32,000 bases of DNA from Faecalibaculum rodentium. Its GTDB lineage: Bacteria; Bacillota_I; Bacilli_A; Erysipelotrichales; Erysipelotrichaceae. The stretch covers positions 1,710,001 through 1,742,000 of the forward strand of contig NZ_CP011391.1 in assembly GCF_001564455.1 (NCBI RefSeq), in the 5' to 3' direction. Each line of letters begins with the position of its first letter. The stretch's first letter is position 1. Position numbers and translations under genes: made by a program. Below the pieces are notes generated by a model. That model ran no database searches and was not told the DNA's origin. It saw only the letters and a program-made list of their open reading frames with translations. Below, piece after piece: positions 26,052 through 32,000 of the stretch.

Positions 26052-26560
26052 TCTGCGTCATCCGGCGTCCAGATGTCGTGGGTATCGAGCCGGTACTGCC
26101 CTGCCAGCTCTACATACTCCAGGGCATTTTCCCGGATTTCCCGGATCTGTTCCCCGCTCACCGGACGGATCACCTTCGCCGGCGATCCCAGCACCAGTGA
26201 ACCATCGGGAATCACCGTGTTCTGCGTCACCAGGGCCCCTGCCCCCACCAGGCAGTGAGAACCGATTTTCGCTCCGTTGAGCACAACGGCCCCCATGCCA
26301 ATGAGGGACTCATCCCCCACTTCGCAGCCATGCAGGATACAGCCATGGCCCACCGTCACGGACTGTCCCAGGATCACCGGATACCCCGGATCGGTGTGGA
26401 CCACGCTGTTGTCCTGGACATTCGTGTCCGCCCCCAGCACCACCGGTTCCTCTTCTGCCCGGATCGTGCAGTGAAACCATACACTGCTCCCCGGTTCCAT
26501 GGTCACATTGCCCGCCACAACGGCCCCGGGTGCGATCCAGGCTTCCTTTGAAATGTTCAT
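26048..26560 (-). CDS. Gamma-carbonic-anhydrase-like / hexapeptide-repeat (LbH) family protein
   Basis: 170 aa. WIAPGAVVAGNVTMEPGSSVWFHCTIRAE...VGHGCILHGCEVGDESLIGMGAVVLNGAKIG matches the YrdA/PaaY-type left-handed beta-helix. GGAGG RBS. Confidence 0.85.
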   Translation of the reverse strand: MNISKEAWIAPGAVVAGNVTMEPGSSVWFHCTIRAEEEPVVLGADTNVQDNSVVHTDPGYPVILGQSVTVGHGCILHGCEVGDESLIGMGAVVLNGAKIGSHCLVGAGALVTQNTVIPDGSLVLGSPAKVIRPVSGEQIREIRENALEYVELAGQYRLDTHDIWTPDDAE

Positions 26561-26591
26561 ACAGTCTCCTCCTCTTTTCTGATTGTGTCAC

Positions 26592-26615
26592 AAAAAACCG
26601 CCCAGCGGACGGTTT
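26592..26615 (-). terminator. Probable terminator after the distal mgtE
   Basis: Minus strand: AAACCGTCC-gct-GGGCGGTTT followed by TTTG, with one mismatch in the stem. Confidence 0.5.
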
Positions 26616-26687
26616 GCGCAGTACAGGATGTGTCGGGCAGCCGCCTGGCTGCCATCATCGGCCCCGGGTTTCCCTTGTCCTGCGGGT

Positions 26688-28175
26688 TCATCCCCCCAGG
26701 TGCATGACCTGGATCAGGAACACAAACACCAGCGTGTAATAGGTGAGCACCGCCGTCAAGTCGTTGATGGTGGTGATCAGGGGCCCCGATGCCGTGGCTG
26801 GATCCACATGCACCGCCTGGAACAGGATCGGAATCACAGTGCCAAACAGCGAGGAGACCACCATGCTGATGAGCATGCTCAGGCCGATCACACCGGAAAT
26901 CGCGTAGGATGTCGCGAAATCATAGGGATAGGCAACGTAGATGTAGACCCCCATGACCAGGCACGAAAACAGGCCGATGATGAAGCCGTTGGCGGCACCC
27001 GTCCGGGTTTCCTTGAAGACCAGGTACAGCTTCTGGTTCCAGGTGAGTTCATCGTCTGTCAGCACCCGCAGGCTCACGGCCAGGGACTGGGTGCCGACGT
27101 TGCCGGACATGTCCAGGATCAGGGACTGGAAGGCCGCCACCATGGTCAGTTTTGCGACGACGGGCTCGAAGATACCTACCACGCTGGAGACACCCATGGC
27201 CAGAAACAGGAGCACACAGAGCCAGGGAATGCGCTTTTTCACACTGCGAAAGAGCGTTTCGTTCAGGTCCTCCTGGGCGGACAGACCGGCCAGCCTTGCG
27301 TAGTCTTCCTCCATCTCTTCCTGGTAGAGAGCCAGGACATCAGATCCTGTAATGACCCCCACCAGCTGGTTGTCATTGTCGAGCACCGGAATGGAGTCTT
27401 CGCTGTAGTCCTTGAGCTCGTCCAGGATCTCGTCGATCTGCTCGTTCGCATAAATATAGGGATAGTTCTGCGCCACAATGTCCGAAAGCGGCTGGCTGCT
27501 TCGGGCAATGATCAGGTCCTTCAGGTCAATGGCCCCTGCCAGGGTACCGTCTTTGTCCAGGACATAGAGTGTCTGGATGTTGTCGTTTTCCGCCGCCTGC
27601 TGCTTGAGCAGTCGCATGGCTTCCTTGACGCTGGCCGAAGAGGGGATCTCGATGTAGTTGGTCGTCATGTGGCTGCCGATCTGCTCCTCCGTGAAGCTGG
27701 ACACAAGGCGGATGTCTTCCCGCACCTCGGGATCCAGCAGTTCGACGATGAGATCCCGCCGGACAGGACCGGTGCTGCGCAGCAGTTTCGCAGCGGTGTC
27801 CGCATCCATGCCTTTGTTGAGCAGCGCCACGGCTTTCTTCACCGGCAGCTCCGGGAAGAACCGGTCCCGCTGTTCCTCGTCCATGCTCTCGAAGATGTCC
27901 GTGAGCTGGTCGGTGTCCAGGAGCGTGGCCAGTCTGGCGCGTTCCGCCGGGTGCAGGTCGTTGAAGGCCTCCGCAATGTCGTTTTCGTGGTAGTCCTCGA
28001 GTTTGTCCTTGAGCACCGCCGGTGCCAGCGAAGAACGGACCAGGCCCACGATCTCTGCCGCATAGTGCCGGTCGATCTTTCCGTGGTCCTCCAGCTCCCT
28101 GGCCCGGGATCTGGTATCCGGCCTGTTCTCTGCAGCCGGCTGATGTGTCACTTTTCTGTCATCCATGTCCGTCAC
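26688..28175 (-). CDS. mgtE: Magnesium transporter MgtE (distal paralogue)
   Basis: MgtE N-domain, two CBS domains and a TM domain with SLILDMSGNVGTQSLAVSLR and PATASGPLITTINDL. The ORF opens with GTG directly after the upstream TAG. An alternative ATG at 28166 follows GGTGA. Confidence 0.85.
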   Translation of the reverse strand: MTDMDDRKVTHQPAAENRPDTRSRARELEDHGKIDRHYAAEIVGLVRSSLAPAVLKDKLEDYHENDIAEAFNDLHPAERARLATLLDTDQLTDIFESMDEEQRDRFFPELPVKKAVALLNKGMDADTAAKLLRSTGPVRRDLIVELLDPEVREDIRLVSSFTEEQIGSHMTTNYIEIPSSASVKEAMRLLKQQAAENDNIQTLYVLDKDGTLAGAIDLKDLIIARSSQPLSDIVAQNYPYIYANEQIDEILDELKDYSEDSIPVLDNDNQLVGVITGSDVLALYQEEMEEDYARLAGLSAQEDLNETLFRSVKKRIPWLCVLLFLAMGVSSVVGIFEPVVAKLTMVAAFQSLILDMSGNVGTQSLAVSLRVLTDDELTWNQKLYLVFKETRTGAANGFIIGLFSCLVMGVYIYVAYPYDFATSYAISGVIGLSMLISMVVSSLFGTVIPILFQAVHVDPATASGPLITTINDLTAVLTYYTLVFVFLIQVMHLGG

Positions 28176-29597
28176 CTACATTCCCAGCATCCGGATCAGG
28201 AACAGCCAGACCAGGCCATAGAAGAGGATCACCGCACACAAGTCGTTGATGGTGGTGATCAGCGGGCCGGAGGCCACCGCCGGATCCACGCCGATTTTCT
28301 TGAAGAAGATCGGGATCGTGGTCCCCGTCAGGCTGGACACGATCATGGCCAGCCACAGACTCACGGCAATGCACGCAGAGATCGTGAAGGACGCTGCGGC
28401 GGTCTGGTGCTTCGCCGCCAGGATATACAGGCCCAGGAACACAAAGGCCAGGGATCCCATGATCAGGCCGTTCACAAACCCCACCCGGGCTTCCTTGGCC
28501 ACCAGGTGACGCTTTTCCTTCCCTGTCAGTTCATCATCCATGAGGACCCGGATCGTGACACCCAGAGACTGCGTGCCAACGTTGCCCGACATGCCCAGGA
28601 TCAGGGACTGGAACGCCAGCACCAGGGGGATCTGGGCCACGACGCCTTCAAACAGCGAGACGACCCAGGACACCATGAGGCCCAGGGCCAGCAGAAAGAG
28701 CAGCCAGGGCAGGCGCTTTTTCAAAGACACAAACAGGGTTTCTTCCAGGTCTTCTTCCGCCGTCAGACCGGCAAACCGGGCATAGTCTTCCCCCATTTCC
28801 TGGTCCAGGGCCTCCAGCAGGCTCTGGGTGGTGATGACGCCCAGGACCCGGTTGTCCGATCCCAGCACCGGAATGGAGTCTTCGTTGTAATCCCGCAGAT
28901 CGTCGATCACCGTCTCGACTTGATCCGAGCCATAGACGTACGGATAGCTCGCCACGAGGATGTCCTCCAGCGGCGTGTCATTGCGCGCAATGATGAGGTC
29001 CTTCAGGTCCACCGCTCCCGCATACATGTGGTCATTGCCATAGCTGTAGATCGTCGTGATGTTGTCGTTGTCCGCCGCCTGCTTCACGAGCAGGTTCATG
29101 GCTTCCTTCACCGTGACATCCCGCGGCACTTCCACAAAGTTCGTGGTCATGCGCGAGCCGATGAGGTCCTCGTCATAGGAATCGATCAGGGCGATGTCGG
29201 CCCGCATTTCGGAGTCCAGAAGCTCCATGAGCAGTGCCTGTTTTTCCGGCACCAGGGACTGGATCAGGTCGCCGGTCTGGTCGGGCTCCAGGCGGTTGAG
29301 GACCGCGGCGGCCTTGCGGAGAGTCAGTTCGTTGATGAACCGGATCCGTTCCTCTTCGTCGAGATATTCCAGGATCTCGGACAAAGTGTCGGTTTTCAGG
29401 ATCCGGTAGAGTTTCTCCCGTTCCGGGAGGGTAAGCCGGAAAAAGGCGTCTGCGATGTCGCCTGCATGATAGTTTTCCAGCTGCATGGCCAGCAGCCGCG
29501 GTGCAGTGCTTGTACGCACGGCATCCACGATCGCGGCCTCATAGTCAGGACGCTGTCGTACAGCTTCGGCTTCGATGGTCCGGGGTTCTTCCTGCAT
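28176..29597 (-). CDS. mgtE: Magnesium transporter MgtE (proximal paralogue)
   Basis: Same architecture (SLILGMSGNVGTQSLGVTIR, PAVASGPLITTINDL). ATG at 29597, 8 nt after GGGGG. Confidence 0.9.
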   Translation of the reverse strand: MQEEPRTIEAEAVRQRPDYEAAIVDAVRTSTAPRLLAMQLENYHAGDIADAFFRLTLPEREKLYRILKTDTLSEILEYLDEEERIRFINELTLRKAAAVLNRLEPDQTGDLIQSLVPEKQALLMELLDSEMRADIALIDSYDEDLIGSRMTTNFVEVPRDVTVKEAMNLLVKQAADNDNITTIYSYGNDHMYAGAVDLKDLIIARNDTPLEDILVASYPYVYGSDQVETVIDDLRDYNEDSIPVLGSDNRVLGVITTQSLLEALDQEMGEDYARFAGLTAEEDLEETLFVSLKKRLPWLLFLLALGLMVSWVVSLFEGVVAQIPLVLAFQSLILGMSGNVGTQSLGVTIRVLMDDELTGKEKRHLVAKEARVGFVNGLIMGSLAFVFLGLYILAAKHQTAAASFTISACIAVSLWLAMIVSSLTGTTIPIFFKKIGVDPAVASGPLITTINDLCAVILFYGLVWLFLIRMLGM

Positions 29598-29740
29598 TCT
29601 GTTTTCCCCCTTTCTGCATGGAAAAAGGGACCAGGGCTCAGTGACCGGTATCAGTGTCTGAGCAGGGTGGTCCGATGTCGCGGTCGAGCTGTACTGTCAT
29701 CCGGTATATTCATCTGAAACCACCCCGCTTTCCGTCACCC
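29598..29740 (-). promoter_or_regulatory. Structured 5' leader of the mgtE pair (unclassified; not a canonical M-box)
   Basis: Nested helices on the minus strand: GTGACGG/CCGGTCAC, GGGTGGT/ACCACCC and CCGGATG/CATCGG. A 3' hairpin CCCUUUUUC-caugca-GAAAGGGGG (29606-29629) pairs with the RBS. Confidence 0.35.
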
Positions 29741-29741
29741 T

Positions 29742-29770
29742 ATTATAAGCCCTGTATACGGCGCAAAACA
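29742..29770 (-). promoter_or_regulatory. Candidate promoter of the mgtE pair
   Basis: Perfect TATAAT (29747-29742, minus strand). The -35 17 nt upstream is weak (TGTTTT). An A-tract and direct repeats lie further upstream. Confidence 0.35.
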
Positions 29771-29790
29771 GTTTTGGCGGGATTTTTTTC

Positions 29791-29810
29791 CGGAAGCGGA
29801 CGGAAGCGGA
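29791..29810. repeat. Exact tandem duplication of a 10-mer
   Basis: CGGAAGCGGA CGGAAGCGGA, flanked by a T7 (minus-strand A7) tract. Confidence 0.9.
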
Positions 29811-29898
29811 CAGAGGGGTATCCCGAAACTGTCCGGCAGGCCGATGGTGGCGGGATGATCAGCAGTCATGCAGGATGGGGCGCATCGCCGGACGAATG

Positions 29899-29930
29899 AA
29901 AAGGCCGGATCCTGCATGGTGTCCGGTCTT
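29899..29930 (-). terminator. Possible terminator after the truncated Rpn-type fragment
   Basis: Minus strand: AAGACCGGA - 12-nt loop - TCCGGCCTT followed by TTCATT, with one mismatch. Confidence 0.4.
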
Positions 29931-29958
29931 CATTGGTGATTCTGCTTTGCGGATGGGG

Positions 29959-30165
29959 TCACGGGTTCAGCCGTGCCTGCAGCCTCTGCACTTCGCTTAA
30001 TGACAGGCTGGTAAGTTCCGCAATATCCTGCAGCGAACCAATTCCCATCTGCAGCAGCCTGCCGGCTATTTTTCTGCATTCTTTCCTGTATCCTATTTCA
30101 AACCCGATTTTATACGCTTCTTCAAGCCCGGCTTTATACCCGTCCATGAATATCTGCCTGGTCAG
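29959..30165 (-). pseudogene. 5'-truncated copy of the PD-(D/E)XK (Rpn-type) putative transposase: C-terminal about 68 codons only
   Basis: LTRQIFMDGYKAGLEEAY...GRLLQMGIGSLQDIAELTSLSLSEVQRLQARLNP parallels the C-terminus of the neighbouring full-length gene (ELTRQIFQDGKTEG...EQLLQMGIGSLQQIAKATRLSLSEVQKLQAKLNT). The frame is closed by TAA immediately upstream. Confidence 0.6.
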
Positions 30166-30205
30166 TTATCCATTTTCGTTTGTCCTCACTCTGCAGTATC
30201 GACCG

Positions 30206-31081
30206 CTATGTGTTCAGCTTTGCCTGCAGTTTTTGCACTTCGCTCAGGGAAAGTCGGGTTGCCTTCGCAATCTGCTGCAGGGAACCAATTCCCATCTGCA
30301 GCAACTGTTCTGCTGTCTTCCGGCTGGAGCGGATTTCCCCTTCCTGAAGCCCCTCTGTTTTCCCATCCTGGAATATCTGCCTCGTCAGTTCACACATCTC
30401 CATCTCTCCCTTCTCCGTATACTTGACCCGCTGCATCAGTTCCCGCAGCAGCGGATTCTTCATCTTCTTCGGGTCTGTCTCCCGGAAATCATGCGCCAGA
30501 TCTCCTCTTTTACTGTTTCCCTTGTATCTCAGATTAAACAGGATCACTTCCGTTCTGTCCGGAAAACGTCTGCCCGTTGCACTGTCCACTGTTTCAAGCC
30601 GCACCACTGGCTGTCCATCCGGAAACAGTGGCCTGCCCGTACCCGGTATGTGAATGGCATCTGTCATCCATATCATATGGCTTTTCTTCAAGCATGAATA
30701 GGGTTTTCCACCAGGCAGGCCATTGAGTACCAGATGCGCACGCTCCACCTCGATCCTGCCTGCTTCGATGCTTTCATTCTGCACCTCTGCGCACCAGATT
30801 CCGTCTTCTTCATCATTTCCGAACAGATCGGGTTCAACGGATTTCGCCCCTGTCACCGTGATCAGGTCCTTCTGTGTCTGCACATCGTGGAATGGACCGG
30901 TCTTTCTGCCTGTGATCACATCCGCCAGCAGGTTCATCAGCTGCTCCAGTTCCGGTCCACTGCAAAGCCTGCCTGCCACCCGAAAGCCGACATCCGTTTT
31001 CAGAGTCAGTTTCCTCCGGTACTCCTCCAGTCTCTGTTCAAACGATTCCACCTCGTGGTCGCTGCGTTTCTTGACGGGCAT
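30206..31081 (-). CDS. PD-(D/E)XK nuclease family / Rpn-type recombination-promoting nuclease (putative transposase)
   Basis: ATG at 31081 (MPVKKRSDHE) after GGAGGAG. LKTDVGFRV...D-x-n-EVQ core, an IWMTDAI block, and the characteristic C-terminal E/G-rich repeat plus helix (LLQMGIGSLQQIAKATRLSLSEVQKL). Confidence 0.65.
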   Translation of the reverse strand: MPVKKRSDHEVESFEQRLEEYRRKLTLKTDVGFRVAGRLCSGPELEQLMNLLADVITGRKTGPFHDVQTQKDLITVTGAKSVEPDLFGNDEEDGIWCAEVQNESIEAGRIEVERAHLVLNGLPGGKPYSCLKKSHMIWMTDAIHIPGTGRPLFPDGQPVVRLETVDSATGRRFPDRTEVILFNLRYKGNSKRGDLAHDFRETDPKKMKNPLLRELMQRVKYTEKGEMEMCELTRQIFQDGKTEGLQEGEIRSSRKTAEQLLQMGIGSLQQIAKATRLSLSEVQKLQAKLNT

Positions 31082-31340
31082 CCGGTCTCCTCCTTCCTGC
31101 AGTACCATCCATACCCAGATACTCTATCAGCCTCCACAAGAGGAAATCCATGCGCAATTTTTAAGGAAACTCAACAAAAATTCACAATTCTGTCACCATC
31201 AAGCCTTCTCCCTTCTGTTCTCCTTTCCCCGCCTGCAGCTCTGAAAGCCCGCTTCCCACTCTGCACTGCGTCATGATCCCTCCACCTGCCTTCCGGCAAA
31301 TGTGACAGAAGATCCGCATTTGTTCGTGCAGCAGACAATG

Positions 31341-31370
31341 AAAAACCTGCACCGGTCCTCCCGATGCAGG
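31341..31370 (-). terminator. Probable terminator after the DUF3267 gene
   Basis: Minus strand: CCTGCA - 13-nt loop - TGCAGG followed by TTTTT. It lies 8 nt after the stop. Confidence 0.5.
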
Positions 31371-31377
31371 CATCTTC

Positions 31378-31977
31378 TCATTCCTCTGCCGCTTCCGCAC
31401 GGCTCCCATCATCCGGCCGGTACCAGAACGAATGGAAGCCATACAGATACGTAAGGGCTCCTTTGGGCATCTGCCACAGGGCATTCCATACATTGATGTA
31501 GTCACCGGCACCCATGCCCAGCGACATGGCGCCCAGCGTGGCCAGAAACACATTGTGCATTGTAAATCCCGCAATGTACGGAATCAGACCGAAAACAATG
31601 CTCGGCAACAGGGACATGAAAATGAACCGGCCTTTGGACATGTCCTCCGGCCCCACCACAAACAGCATTCCCTGTTTCAGATTCGTGTAGATATAGGCTG
31701 TGTCCCGGAAACAGACCGCATGAATGTACTCATGCGGAATGGCACAAACAAGCGACATCAAAGCCCCCAGCACAAATCCCCAGCCATCCACCGTGAACCA
31801 GCTCTGAAGTGCGAGAGGGACCATGAGCGCCACAATGATCCCCAGCGCGATCACATTCGCCCAGACCGCCAGTTTCTTCATGTCCGGCTCCTTAAACTGC
31901 ACGGCCCCCGGCCTGTGCGGCTGTCTGGGCAGATCATCCTCATTCCCGCTGAACTGCCCCATATATCTGATTTTCAT
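31378..31977 (-). CDS. DUF3267 (putative membrane zincin peptidase) domain protein
   Basis: 199 aa with 4-5 TM segments. An HEYIH (HExxH) motif sits at the end of a helix (VCAIPHEYIHAVCF). AGGAGAGGGAAGG RBS. Confidence 0.7.
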   Translation of the reverse strand: MKIRYMGQFSGNEDDLPRQPHRPGAVQFKEPDMKKLAVWANVIALGIIVALMVPLALQSWFTVDGWGFVLGALMSLVCAIPHEYIHAVCFRDTAYIYTNLKQGMLFVVGPEDMSKGRFIFMSLLPSIVFGLIPYIAGFTMHNVFLATLGAMSLGMGAGDYINVWNALWQMPKGALTYLYGFHSFWYRPDDGSRAEAAEE

Positions 31978-32000
31978 GATTCCTTCCCTCTCCTGTTTTG

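Noticed and set aside
26583-29717. A 1044-aa uninterrupted plus-strand ORF spanning both mgtE genes.
   Set aside because: It is exactly antisense to two genes with unmistakable MgtE motifs. Its product is low-complexity (H/D/Q/R/G-rich) with no RBS or domain signature. In GC-rich genes with GC3-biased codons, the antisense frame rarely meets TTA/CTA/TCA, so long shadow ORFs are expected.
29791-29810. Tandem repeat checked as a possible CRISPR or minisatellite.
   Set aside because: Only two 10-bp units with no spacers. There is no repeat-spacer periodicity anywhere in the window.
29598-29930. Expected M-box (ykoK) Mg2+ riboswitch upstream of mgtE.
   Set aside because: I could not find the conserved 5' GUUAGGUGAGGC, the GCCC-A-rich element or the AUGGGUCAACAG element anywhere between the start codon and the upstream terminator. 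Only two short look-alike strings occur, in the wrong geometry. Reported instead as an unclassified leader.

Overview
GC-rich chromosomal window with Firmicutes-type gene content (Clostridia/Erysipelotrichia-like). It holds about 27 credible protein genes, most on the minus strand. I found no rRNA, tRNA or CRISPR array. Order, left to right: (1) tail of a Cof-type HAD hydrolase and a YoaK/DUF1275 membrane protein. (2) A minus-strand, tightly coupled cluster: MATE efflux pump, SASA-type esterase, BceR-like response regulator, and a Tpx with a single cysteine. (3) A DUF349 repeat protein and a small membrane protein. (4) A decayed cellobiose-type PTS: the EIIC N-terminal half followed in frame by an EIIB tail. 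(5) A two-gene BCR/HAD-family locus (double HgdC-like ATPase plus dehydratase-like modules). It resembles the anaerobic plasmalogen-synthase operon type, and its large gene is broken by one extra G in a G7 tract. (6) A BceAB-type ABC transporter, an AT-richer IS1182-family insertion (16004-17879, 14-bp inverted repeats), then a BceS-like kinase with no adjacent regulator. (7) A TVP38 protein, a 67-aa ORF, a SprT-like protein, a lipoprotein cyclophilin and a patatin-like lipase. (8) A 1.3-kb gene-poor scar with broken small ORFs and terminators. (9) An overlapping gamma-CA / HD / ABC-class ATPase operon of unknown function. (10) Two tandem mgtE paralogues behind a structured leader that is not an M-box. 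(11) A PD-(D/E)XK (Rpn-type) putative transposase plus a truncated second copy, and a DUF3267 protein. I did not find a recognisable defence system or a clearly novel multi-gene system. The best leads are the dismantled Bce module, the frameshifted plasmalogen-synthase-like locus with its palindromic operator, the unclassified mgtE leader, the uncharacterised three-gene ATPase operon and the gene-poor scar. The many long ORFs antisense to real genes are codon-bias shadows and are rejected.
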